Source of the DNA: Eledone cirrhosa
Taxonomy: Eukaryota
Direction of reading: 5' to 3'
DNA length: 64,000 nt
Assembly: GCA_964016885.1 (NCBI GenBank)
Contig: OZ024743.1
Span: 369,458,001 to 369,522,000, forward strand
How positions within the stretch are numbered: the first letter of the stretch is position 1; each line of letters starts with the position of its first letter. A program made the position numbers and the translations under genes. Under the pieces are notes generated by a model. It had not been told where the DNA came from. It worked only from the letters and a program-made list of their open reading frames with translations, and made no database searches. Positions 11,861-23,685 of the stretch are shown here, piece after piece.

Positions 11861-12297
11861 GTTGCTTAGTGTGCCCTTAACTTTATTTCCTCATAACTTT
11901 TAAATGCGTATTTTAAAATGGAATTTTGCAGATATACGTTTTTGAAGATTTAATTTACGATTATGTTGAAATTTAGAAGAAAAACATTTTCTATCATTCT
12001 CTCAATTCATAGTAATAGAAATAACATTACGTTCCTATAGAACATTTATAAAATTATCTTAATTGACATTATTAATTGTTAACACGAAGCTGGAAAGCTC
12101 GATGAAAAATTCCCTAATTTACGTTAAGCCAACTACAAACACAGATCAAAAACATTCATTAAATGAAAGCATTAACGAACGGCACTGTAAAATAATGATG
12201 CATAAAAAAAAAAAAAAAATCGTATTTAAAATTTTGTTTAAGAATATTCATTCTTAAAAAAATGAGGAAACATAGTAGCGGGCGCACTAAATCAACT
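11861..12297. mobile_element. MITE-like element with ~35-bp imperfect TIRs
   Basis: Left end GTTGCTTAGTGTGCCCTTAACTTTATTTCCTCAT; reverse complement of right end GTTGATTTAGTGCGCCCGCTACTATGTTTCCTCAT. AT-rich non-coding interior; begins where the RTE fragment ends. Confidence 0.6.
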
Positions 12298-12462
12298 AAT
12301 ATATTCTGGATGATCAATTCATCGATTCATCACTGGATATTACGAACGAATGTTGTTTCAGAGAGTAAGTAGTAAAAGCAACATTGTATGAAAATGTGGC
12401 ATAGTAGTATTTATAGCCTAGTTCTTTACTCCATCACCCCCTTTTCTCTATTTTTAAAAATA

Positions 12463-12640
12463 ATTGTTTCTACTTTTGGCACAAGGCCAGCAATTACCCA
12501 GTACATTAATGGTACTTTATTTTACCGACCCCGTAAGGATAAAAGGTAAAGTTAATCTCGGCGAGATTAGAACTCAGGACGTAAAGGGACGTAACTATGT
12601 GCCGCAAAGCATGTTCAAGCTCTACTGATAATGCCAAAAG
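12463..12640 (-). mobile_element. Family A SINE
   Basis: Shared core and tail sequence. Confidence 0.8.
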
Positions 12641-13704
12641 AATAATAAAGCATTTACATGGTGTCATAAATCTATCAAAGTGAAAGAATGTTCATTGGTG
12701 CCCTAATCGTTCATTGATTTATATATATAACCCTAAGATTTTGAAAGAAGTTCACTGGTAGTATTTTTTTAAAAGATAAGTCTTCAGATATGTGTTGGGT
12801 TAGCCGAGAGGTTACTTCCATATGAATCTTGAAAGCCGACACATATGGTGTGGTTCATAAATAGAGAGGAAGCTTGTTACAAAAAAAAAAAAAAAAAAGA
12901 CACCAGCTCTTCCTTCTCCTAGTTGGGACCATATCTTTCTCATACTTACATTTAACTGCCTCCACCCTATACCAAGAGTGATTTCATCTCCATCTATCCA
13001 GCTCTTAGGATGGTAATGAATCAAAGCTCCAGGTGACATTTTTGTCTTTTAGACATGGCCACCTCACCTGAATTGTCCCACCCGTCTAACCCATGCTAGC
13101 GTGGAACAATATACGTTAAACGGTGATGATTATGGTGGTGGTAATCCTCTCTTAAATATCACCATTGGCCTTACCTTTCTCTAGTCTGCTCAGTAAAATG
13201 TATTCATTCTTGCCCCTGTGGTTCTCACATGCCCCCCACCCCTCCGCCGCCTTCGATGTTAGATGTCAGATGTACCTTGTTAAGTTCGATAAGCAAAATA
13301 CCAATATTCCTTCCATTGTAATCGATATTAATTTAGCCGTAAACCCCGTCCCACCACCATGTCTGTCTGTCGTCTTTCTTGAACTAAATCACTATTCAGT
13401 CCCCCACCCCATACATCATTGTATCAATCTAGTGTCTGACCTCATTTTCAATATGTTTAAAGACCAGCCTGTTTCTTTCAAAATTCACACATCCCCTTCC
13501 TCACTACTATTTCTGTATAGTATCTTTGTTTAACTCACTTCATTGTATCAATCTGGTTTCTGAACTTTTCTCTAACATATTTACAGTCGTCATTACTCAG
13601 AAGACCAGGCCTACAATAATTTTTCATACTTTGGAATTTTTCAAAAGTTATTCAAGATGGCTGCACCTAAATGTAATATATACTCGTGCAGTTCGGCATT
13701 TCAT

Positions 13705-13886
13705 AATTGTTTCTACTTTTGGCACAAGGTCAGTAATTCCTCAGTACATTACTGGTACTTTATTTTATCGAAGGATGAAAGGTAAAGTTAACCTTGACGG
13801 GATTTGAACTCAGACCGTAAAGGGACGTAACTATGCTAGAAAGCACGGCGTCCAGCCCTCTACCGATACTGCCAATTCACCGCCCT
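13705..13886 (-). mobile_element. Family A SINE
   Basis: Shared core; the head ends at GCCAATTCACCGCC. Confidence 0.8.
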
Positions 13887-14000
13887 TGCTAATTAACCTT
13901 AATAATAGCGACAGCTCGTGATAATGGACGTTTTTTCAAAAAATGTTCAGCCTCTTACATATGTCGATCCTTGATTTTTGTTTTAGAAATTGTATACTCT

Positions 14001-14043
<43 letters not shown>

Positions 14044-14169
14044 GGGGGAGAGGGGGCACATATCAGATATGGAATATTTCAATCGGATTTTCCATTGCGG
14101 ATACTATCTGTTGATCGCAACTATCTCTCTCGCGCGCGTGTAAATATATATATACATATATATATATTA

Positions 14170-15400
14170 TATTATATACTTGCTCAACGAGGCCGGGGTC
14201 ATCCTAAGCCAGTGATCCCAAAACATGGTCGTGCGTAGAGTCGACCAGGTCCAACAGCGGCCCCCGTCGCTGGCGGTCCCGTGCCTGCTCCTCTGCATCC
14301 TCCAAGGTGAAGTCGAGATTCCGGTGATCTCCCCTCGATGATATCCAGCCTGCGACGGGGCCTCTTCCAGCCTGCAGCCACTGTGTCGAACGAGATTAAA
14401 GACCTGGTGGAAAGCGGAGGACATGCCCGTACCAGCGTATGAGGCGGGAAACTGTGGGCTTATGCGTGCGGGCATGCAACACTTCGTTGGAAACGTGATG
14501 GTCCCATCTAATGTTTTTTATGTTTATCAGGGCTCTGCTATCGAAGCTGCCGATCCTCTTTGCCAAGGTCTTCGTGAGACCTCATTTCTGCTCCTTAGAG
14601 GAGAACGGAGAGGACCGATGCATTGTAAATACGGAGTTTCATCTTCTGGATGTTTGAGCAATGGCGCCAAAGGGGCTTCCATAGGGAGTGCATGACTCCG
14701 GCAGCCAAGCCACATGTGCGGTTGATCTGCTGGGTCAAGTTTCCATTGCTGGTAACCGTAATGGTCTTGTTGCGTATCCGGTTGAGCTGGCGGTACTCAT
14801 TCATGTTGCCGCGCAGGCAAGCCTTGCGGCGACAGTTAATTATCTCCAGCGTCATCGGTGAAATCTAGGGCCGTTTGGGAAGAGGTCTTAAGTTTATCAG
14901 GATGTCGCGTGCAGACTGGTTAACACTTGATTTAAAGATCTCCCAGTTGTCGGTTTCGTCCACGGCCAGGATGCTGAAGCGGTTGGCGATAGAGTATGCG
15001 ATGTTGTGATCGTGGGGACAAGCTGAGTCAGGGTGGGGCTGGTACTTGGTGTAGGGTCCGCTCGCAACTTCAGCCTCAGTGTCGGAACCAGCAACCGATG
15101 ATCAGTATTGCCGAGTTGAGCTCCTCTATAGACCCGGTAGCTGGTGACAAACAACCTCCAGTGACGGGAGATGATGATGTGGGCGATTGTTTTCCGGGTG
15201 TAACTGTCCGGACTGTACCAGGTCCAATGATGGATGAGTTTGCAGGGGAACCAGGTGTCGGCGATACACAGATTGTTGTAATTGCAGATATGCAGCATGC
15301 CATCATCGTTGTCATTGGCAGATGGGTTGGCGAAGGTTGTGCAAATGGGCGGAGTCTGCAATGGGTCGGTTGGGGTGAGCCTGGCGGAAGAAGAGATGGT
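14170..15400 (-). pseudogene. Internally deleted RTE-like LINE (AP-endonuclease segment joined to RT C-terminus)
   Basis: APE-like NNLCIADTWFPCKLIHHWTWYSPD...RVYRGAQLGNTDHRLLV; RT C-terminus KMKLRIYNASVLSVLL and GWKRPR. The 3' end abuts (TA)n. Confidence 0.75.
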
Positions 15401-15439
15401 AGCGTTGGCGTCCGTCAGGGTGATCGTGATGTTATAGGG

Positions 15440-15892
15440 TGGGATTTGTCCCAAGATCTGCTAAAGCCAATACATGGGCAGCCATTTTTAAACTCCCCTA
15501 TTATGGCCTGGAGAACTATGATGACCAACAGTAGCTTAAGAACTGAATCTTGATGAACTCTTACCTGTACCTTGAATTCCTCACTAAATTCATTTCCTAC
15601 TCTCACTTTGCTGACAGCTTCTCTGTTCAAGCCATTCTTCTACACTTAATTTCTTTAAGGACCACCAGATAATAGATCGAGGTACTCTGTCAAAGGTCTT
15701 TTCTAGATCAACAAGATCTAAGTATAGCGGCTTATTCTTGACTAGGAACTTCTCTTGTAGTTGCTTCACTAAGAAGAGGTCATATTTAGTACTTTTCCCA
15801 GGCATAAGACCAAACTACATCTCGTCTAATTTGACTCTCTCCCTAATTTGCTGGGCTATAACTCTTTCCGTCATTTTCATAACATGGTCCAT
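15440..15892 (-). pseudogene. RTE RT fragment related to the 56814-60075 family
   Basis: QLQEKFLVKNKPLYLDLVDLEKTFDRVPRSIIWWSLKKL and SKVRVGNEFSEEFKVQVRVHQ. Confidence 0.85.
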
Positions 15893-15997
15893 TAGTTATA
15901 TATATGTATACCCGTATGTGGTTGACGACTGAGAGAAAAGAGTACTTAATATCGAAGTAGAGTTTTAATATTAATTTTATTAAGGCTAAATAGTGAG

Positions 15998-16047
15998 CCT
16001 TGTTACTGTCGAGTTTCACCTTTGTATCACAGGGTCATCAGAAAAGA
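15998..16047 (-). ncRNA. Type I hammerhead ribozyme motif (slightly degenerate)
   Basis: Minus strand: TCTTTT-CTGATGA-CCCTGTGATACAAAGGT-GAAA-CTcgacAGT-A-ACAAGG. Core is intact, stem I pairs 5 of 6, GUA site. Confidence 0.6.
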
Positions 16048-16274
16048 ACTATTAGCTTCAATAAAATGAATACATACATACATACATACATACATGCATA
16101 CATGCATACATGCATACATGCATACATACATGCATGCATGCATAAGTAAATATATATTTTTGATTTTATAGTTTCCTATTAGTTTTCCTTTAGACGTGAT
16201 GTGATTAGCTTATTTGCTATAGTTAATGAATGACGGCATACAATGTATGATGTGTGTAAGATCTTTATATACTA

Positions 16275-16615
16275 CTCAGGGTTTACGGGTTAGTCCGCCT
16301 CATGGTCCTAGCGAACAGAATGGAGAAGACATTGCCCCGGAGGAGGGTGCGGGAGACGCACTGAAACAGCCACTCCAGGTCACAGCGCTCACTCTTGCAG
16401 GTAGTCAACTTCGCCTTGATCATAGTGAATAGGGATGTGGTCCCGGGACAACTCTGCCCCGATAGCAGTGAATCGGGATGTGGTCCGGGGACAACTCTGT
16501 CCCAATAGCAGCGAGTTGGGATGTGGTCCGGGAGGCAGCTTTGCTCCGATAGCAGTTAATAGGGATGTAATTCGGGGACCAAGAACGCCGAAAGTCTCCA
16601 CTGCGATGCAAGACT
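16275..16615 (-). mobile_element. 3' fragment of a CRE-like (restriction-like endonuclease) non-LTR element with an internal ~43-bp minisatellite
   Basis: Encodes IAVETFGVLGPRITSLLTAIG and a WLFQ..S...LRGN-type end. Homologous to 22190-22515 and, more distantly, 31180-31330. Confidence 0.65.
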
Positions 16616-16904
16616 TCTTAAACATTATAGTTTCTTTTTTTCCTTGTCATTGTATACCGAGATGTATGATGACATTTCTTCTCCTGTCTTTTTGTCCCTT
16701 CACCTGTCTCTTTGTCTCCTCACCGTTAGTTTGACCAGTCATAACTTTAAGCAGATTTATTATTGTTTCTTTTCTTCATTTTAGTTTTCTTTATGATCGC
16801 CCCCTTCCACTTCATCATTATTCAATCTGAATCCCGTTTTCCTGAAGATATTACAACCACCTTCTCCGGCCTTGTTAGATATATTGTATCCATCTGAAAT
16901 AATA

Positions 16905-17135
16905 TGATTTCTAATTTAGGCAGAAGGCCAGTAATTTTGGAGGAGGGTAAAAGTCGATTAAATTAACCGCAGTACTTGACTGGTACTATATTTTATCAAT
17001 CCCAGTATTTGACTGGTACCACATTTTATTAATCCCAGTACTTGACTGGTACTTTATTTTATTAACCTCAGTATTTGACTAGTACTATATTTTATCGACT
17101 CCGGGAGGATAAAAGGCTAAGTTGACCTCCACAGA
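16905..17135 (-). mobile_element. Family A SINE fragment with an internal 33-bp unit repeated four times
   Basis: CAGTA(C/T)TTGACTGGTACT..ATTTTAT..A.CC starting at 16970, 17003, 17036 and 17069. Confidence 0.8.
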
Positions 17136-17369
17136 ACAATATAATATTAAAATTTATAAGAATCCTTTTAAAAATAACTAAACAATGGTCTAATGAAATA
17201 TATAGTCTCACCTCCCGTCAGCAATTTTCGAGTTGTGATACTATTTCCAACATGGATGTTATGTTGTCCTCCATGAATGCTGCTGCAGTCCCCATCCCAC
17301 TAAAAGTTGCTGTACTTCCTAGATACACCAGCCAAATTATGATAGAGCTTTTTTTCTACAGATCTGCTT

Positions 17370-17525
17370 TGTAGCATTTAGTTTCGGCTCTTTACGTTCT
17401 GATTTCAAATTCTGCTGAGGTCAGCCTTAATTTTCATCCTTCCAAAGTCGATAAAATAAAGTACCAGTAAAGAACTGGTGTCGAGTTAATCGCCCCCCCC
17501 CCCTCAAATTACTGGCTTGTGTTAG
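17370..17525 (+). mobile_element. Family A SINE (diverged)
   Basis: TTCAAATTCTGCTGAGGTC...TTTCATCCTTCCAAAGTCGATAAAATAAAGTACCAG. Confidence 0.7.
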
Positions 17526-18264
17526 GGCTGACAGGATCTACTACACTGACACTGCTGTCATTTTACGTGACTAACAAACCAGATACGAACGTTGAAACGG
17601 GAAGAAATGATTGTGATAGAATGACACCGGAAAGCTGTTACAATTATACTGAAGCGACCAAATGAATCGTGTGCGTTGGAGGAAGCTTGTCACCCAATGC
17701 GATACCTAATACAGAAGAACCTTAGTCTAAGTGGATATTGGCGGTGCTTGTGTATTTTTCTTGGCACTGGTCTATCATGACCAGTAGAATTGTGATCAAA
17801 AGCGTTACAATCATGACCATACAACTCCTTTTTAAACAGAGTGTATGCAGGACAACATTTATTTATAATGACCTTTTTTGTTTTTAGAAAGCTGAGATAT
17901 ATGCAGGGATTTGAGATAGATTGATTACTACTTCTAGGAAGTAGGGTGACCACGTTGAGGCTCTGTTGTTGGCTTGGCGAATAACTTCGCATTTTACAAT
18001 ACTTTTTTTTTCTTTCGGATGAGACTGTTGCTACCTCAGGTTGTTGTTCGCATGATCGAGATCTGAGATCAGTGGTCAGTTTTCAGGGCCCACCATGAAG
18101 GTCATCAACTTGGGGCCCATTTTACATTGCTAAGATCTATCGTTTTCACATAATTAACGATTGATCACCTATATTTGTATGATATTCTATGTCTTGACAT
18201 CTTATGTTTCATATTCTATTTTTTTCACTTCATTCTTTACCAAATATTTATTTATCTTTCCATA

Positions 18265-18710
18265 TTCTATTCTTGTAATGGTTTCGGTTGTGGGACTGTG
18301 GTCATGCTGGAGCGCCACCTTCATTTGTATCTTTCAGTTTTATTGCATGGAAGCTGGTTATGAGAGTAGAGACGCTGAGCTTTCAAACTTTCCCAGTAAT
18401 TAAGGCTGTTAATCAAAGTTATTTTACTAGTGAATGTTATATTTAAACCTTCAATATCTTCCATGAGTCCGGCTGTGTCTGCTCAAAACTAAGGTTTTCC
18501 ATAGAATCAACATAACTCCTGGTTCTCTTGTTACGAAGGTTAGTAGGATCCATCCTATGATGTGTCATTAGTGCTCTGAATCGTTGTGTTATCTGGAGTC
18601 AAATAATGTGTATTGTGTATATCCCCTCCATAATGAAGAACCTGAAATTTTGTTGTATTGAATTTCATATTATTTTCATCTGCCCATCGATAAATGAGAT
18701 TTGATTCCTT
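18265..18710 (-). pseudogene. Old, internally deleted CR1-group LINE fragment related to 60215-61348
   Basis: Minus translation near 18635-18705 gives NLIYRWADENNMKFNTTKFQVLHYG (compare AIYRWAEENNMQFNAGKFQALQY). The 3' tail GGTGGCGCTCCAGCATGACCACAG resembles 60245-60275. Confidence 0.7.
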
Positions 18711-20094
18711 TTAGAGTGTGACGTTATCTTCTGAAGTTCGGATAGCCATCGATATTACACACACGTACACACTCCACCCCATCCATCTTGTCTACTCGTC
18801 CACACACAATGACACTATGACCACACCACTCACAATCACCATGCCACTCATATCGACACGACCCATTTGTCCTCCATTATTACCTGCACGTAGACATCTA
18901 CTCACACTTGATTTCCTATTTGTCCACTTATACTCTTCACTTCATTCTCTCACGCTTGTCGTACATACATAAAGATATTTCACTACATTCTGCTCTGGCA
19001 CCTATTACCTTTACCTCCGGCACCTTCTTCTTTCTTATTCCACTCATTTCCTCTCTGCAATTCCAGCATGTTGTATCGCCATCCAATATCATTACCCCCC
19101 CCCCCCCCCATCTTATTTCTCTTCTCCTTCCTTCTGTGTCGATGAGAGACAATTGACCAAAACATCGATTTTTCTCCCTTTCCTAACATAATTACACAAA
19201 CATTGTACTTTTTTTTTCATATTTACTCTACTTTTGCTCGTATTTTGATATAAACTTTAGTTTATTTCGTATTTTCATTCTATTCAGCATCACTAGACAT
19301 GAGTTGAAAGTATTTGTTCCAGGTATCCAGACTGCGAATAACTTTCTTTCACCAATCCCAGAAGCCCCCTAAAAGCTAATATGCCCCATCCTTTCTTTCA
19401 CCAATCCTAAGAAGTCCTGTAAAAGTTCAAGGTCCTACCATTTCTCTCCCGACTAAATCATAAAAAGAAACAAAACAAAAACAATAAAAACGTCTTAAAT
19501 GGATGTTCTTTCTTGACTCTTTCATGGCCGTTCCTATGAATTTCATCAGAATGATTTGAAAATCAAATGCTACCAGCTATCACTAGAAAATATAAAAAGT
19601 CTCTATTCCCCATCCTGCCAACATAAACGCATTACTGTTCGTTGTATAATGAATGAAAATGTGAAACTGGTTTTACGTTGATTTGAAAACTTCCATTAGG
19701 CCTCACCTCTCAGTTGACTTTGTCAGCCTATTTTATTCACTAGAAAACATATTTACTAACACTATAACTCTGTATTGTCTTTAGGTTTTAGTGCTAATAT
19801 TTATTTATTTATCTGCTTCTCATTTCAAACTAGTCATAGAAGATGTTTCAAACAAGATATAATGATGCCAAGGCAAAATAATACAACCTACCTATATGAG
19901 TACACTTTAGCGAAACCTAATGTCATATGTATAGACAGACCGACCCGTAACTCCTGATGGCATCGTATGGATGCGGCATATCTTGGGCATTTTAAACCTG
20001 GCGGAACCCATCCCCTCTTCAGGTCTGAATACGGCTGATTTTTCCCAGAGTAGGAGAGAGTGATAGAGGAAAATTGAGAAAGGTATAGAAGAAT

Positions 20095-20175
20095 CAACCC
20101 CAGTGCATGACTAGCACTTTATCGACCTCGAATGGATGGAAGGCAAAGTTGACCTCAGTGGGATTTGAACTCAGC
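20095..20175 (-). mobile_element. Family A SINE fragment
   Basis: TTTATCGACCTCGAATGGATGGAAGGCAAAGTTGACCTCAGTGGGATTTGAACTCAG. Confidence 0.7.
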
Positions 20176-20429
20176 GCAGATCCAGAACGAATATCATTTG
20201 TTGCAGTAAAAACACAATGTGTTGCAAATTCCTTTGAAATGAATGAGATGAAAACAAGAAAACAATAGACCATCCGATAGAAGTGGGTGTGTTGATTGTG
20301 AAGGCGAATGACATTCGGATTCATTTTTAACACATTAAAAGTCACTTATTCTGATCACTTTGAACGAAAACTTTTCGATAACAATATCGGGTTGATAATA
20401 TTGCCCTTGATTATAATAAGCGGCTTCCA

Positions 20430-21035
20430 TTTCAATTATTTCCTCTTGTTTCAGTTCTTTCGTTGAAAATCATATAAGCCTGATCAGAATGACCTTCTCC
20501 GTCGACTTATTTCTGGGAGAGTCTTTAGGTAAGATTCCGCAAGCACGTCTTCCACTGGGTCCTGCTAGAAACAACCGTTTCCAATTGTTCCAGCTGCATC
20601 CCCAAGCGAGACTAGCTGCGCTCATGGATGTTATCCAACCATCCCCTGGGTCACCTACTGGTTGGTTTTGCCCATAAAATCGGTCCAGCGATTCTTTCCT
20701 AAGACATTGTAGCCCCATATCCACAGCATCGAAGCTGTGATCTTTCAATTTGGAGAAGTAGCGGCTCTACCTGGAGCGACTCTCTGATCTCTGTGCTATG
20801 CACCACTCTGTCGAATAACGTTACTCCCAAAACCCTTCGGAGGAAATCTATTTCGGCGCTTGTATTCGAGTTCATATTCTTTCGGTCATTACCCAAGATT
20901 CATGACCATAGGTTAGGGTTACACGAATATCGAATTAAAGCTAACGAATTTGGCTTTTATACCTACCTCCCTTCTGATTACCGTATGCTGAAGCTGGCGT
21001 ATTGCTGCACCAGCTGCTGCAATTCTTGCACTTAA
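20430..21035 (-). pseudogene. RTE LINE 3' fragment, related to 28600-30400
   Basis: AEIDFLRRVLGVTLFDRV..STEIRESLQVEPLLLQIERSQLR. The DNA near 20870-20975 resembles the reverse complement of 30250-30350. Confidence 0.8.
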
Positions 21036-22189
21036 TTCAGCCTGTCCAGTGCATTCTACATATAAATGGAGTTTCATTGAAGCAGGCGGATAAATTCAAC
21101 TATCTCGGGACCGTGTTATGGAAAATTACATCCGTTTATTTTTAGATATATTTTTTTAATTAAGTAATTGGTTTATTAATTAAAAGGTTTAATTGGATTA
21201 CGCCTAAGCAATGTTTGAACAAATAACCTTTCGCCTGTCAATTATTAGTATGTTTTTTAATATATATTTCATAAAAACAAAATGTTCATAGCTCTTTCTC
21301 CTTGGCGTGCGCACCTGTTGTTTAGCGCTAGGTTCACCTTCAATGATCTGATTGACAATCAAAGGTTTTCCAGCTGTGACCACCCCATTTTTGTTATTTC
21401 TGGACCTTCAGTTGTTCGACTAACTGAACTAGTTACTCGCAAAATTAAAGTGGACGTGGGTGAGTATTACAAAGACTAGTTTACCGAATCAGCATGACAA
21501 AATACATAACAAACCTAAACCATTGAATTACATAGTTGCTGCTGTGGAAGTGTATGTAACCTGCTCCTTGCGCCTGGGACATTTCCTCTGAGCCTCTGCA
21601 ATGCGTCTGTTTTCTGCCGTAGGGAAACTAAGTTGTTGAGGTCTTTGAATGACGCTTTAAATTACAAGTATAATCCATCCGTCTACTAAATTTCTTTCTG
21701 AAAGAGTTGGGTCGATCCAAGGCTATGGTAAAAGATATTTGGCCAAGATTCCACTCAATGGAATCGAACCTAATAATGCACGCATACACATTTTAGAGAT
21801 ATTGTATATCTTGGACTATGTTAACCAATGTGTTGTGATTCGAGTGAGATTTGGCTGTTATTTTTAGCAGGTAGCTTGACTACGTAAATGTTTCCCTCAT
21901 GACTTGTTTATTCAGAGAACACTTTCCACCTAGTTATTTATGTATTTTGGTTCTCTGTCTGATATTATGCTTATGCAGAAGTATTTCTTGCATTTGAAAT
22001 TTTCCTATTTAAATAAATATGTTAGGGACACCAAACCTCGTAAACATATAAAGACAATATTTAGTATTTATTGTGAGAAATATTCTATAATCTATCTATA
22101 TCTATTCCTTGGAGAAAGAGTTAGATTATTGAAAGAAATTCACCAGTATATTTCAAAGTATCGGCCGTTCTCTGATGGGTTTGTAGTCA

Positions 22190-22515
22190 AACCCATAGCA
22201 GTGCATATTCCCGGTTTCTTGAGCCCCCACCACATCTCTACTCAGGGTGGAGTTTGCCCCCGGACCACATCCCTACTTACTGCTATCGGATTAGACTTAA
22301 CCCCCGGACCACATCTCTATTCACTGCTATCGGAGTGGAGTTGGTCCTCCAGGACCACATCCCTATTCACTGCTATCGATGCAGAGTTGGCTACCCGCAA
22401 ATGCGAACCCCTCGATTTGGAGTGGCTGTTCCAGCGCGTCTCCCTCGCCCCTCTCCAGGGCAATATCTTCTCCATTCTGTCCGCAGAGATCACAAGGTAG
22501 ACTACCCCCAAAACA
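22190..22515 (+). mobile_element. CRE-like RLE 3' fragment with an internal ~44-46-bp minisatellite
   Basis: KPIAVHIPG...RTTSL(L/F)TAI repeated, ending LEWLFQRVSLAPLQGNIFSIL. Inverted homolog of 16275-16615. Confidence 0.65.
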
Positions 22516-23379
22516 TATTATACACACGCTAGTTCACTTTATATATTGAGCTAGATAAGGCTGTAGAATGATGTGGAATTAATTCTCTAGACAAAAGTCG
22601 GAGCAAGGAAGCTACCTACCTATATGAGAAACTAATGGATAAAATGTAATATGTCCGTAGATATGTCAATGTAGAAGATTGATTGTATATATTTCTCCCA
22701 AATACAATAATCATTGTAGAACAGATAACGTGCTTCCAACTAGCCACGTTCCCGTTTATAGTTAATTCATCTCGTATCCTATATGCTATTGAGGAAGTTG
22801 TCGTTGTCACCACCACCACGAACCCCACCACCGTCACCAGTATCGCCACCACATCGACCACTTTTCTCTCTTTATTTTCTTCTTCTTTCTAATCCTTATG
22901 CCCATTATATAAGAAATCTAATAATTATGGTACAACAGGTTTTCTGAATATTTTTTGCTGCTGTTATATATACTGCCATCGACCCCCCCCCCCCCACCTC
23001 TCTTTCTCTCTCCCAACCCCCAACCCTATACTCTCCATTCTGCCATGAAAGTCTCTCATTTGTACCCTCTCTCCCCTCCTCGTCAATAACATGAAGTAAT
23101 AATTTATTCTGCTCATCATTAATTATTCAGTTCTAAAAACGCTGCTTGTAATAATTGTTTTGTTTAAGGTGGAAGACATTTGTTTATAATATTAGTAACG
23201 GCGTTGATTCTAAAAGAAAAATCACTACAACTTTGATGTTAAGTTGCAGTTTCGCTAATTGTTACAAGTAATCTCATTAAATTCTTTGAAACCAAAATAG
23301 TTGTCTACTTCTCTCAACAGAATCATTGATTAATTTTTGAATCTCATTAGTATATTTCTCGTTCGTTTCGCAATCATTA

Positions 23380-23685
23380 AGTCCCAGGTTCGATCCCACT
23401 GTGTGACATCCTGGACAAATGACATTTACCATAGCCTCGGGTTTACCCATTCCCTGTGAGTGAAATTGGATAGACAGAAACTGTTTGGAAGCCCGTCGAA
23501 TGGACTGTGCCTGTAATTCAAAGGACCAACTTTGTCACAGTGTCACATTGAATCTCCCCGGGAATTATGTTAAGGATACACATGTCTGTGGAATACTCAG
23601 CCACTTTCGTGTTCATTTCATAGTTGTTCCTTTGATCGAATAAGTGCAACACTGATCGTCGAAAGCGACGGAAGTCCATTCCAGT
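23380..23685 (+). mobile_element. Decayed tRNA-derived SINE
   Basis: B-box GGTTCGATCCC at ~23388; the body is homologous (inverted) to 7635-7945. Confidence 0.6.

Noticed and set aside
17600-18120. ORF 17690-17992 and a nearby LPPT motif, possibly a DNA-transposon relic
   Set aside because: No diagnostic motif set or TIRs recognisable by eye.
19505-19555. Minus-strand CTGATGA...GAAA
   Set aside because: Stems I-III cannot be paired convincingly.
19775-19990. Possible degenerate GIY-YIG fragment (TYLYEYT...CIDRPTRN)
   Set aside because: Too diverged to support without a profile search.
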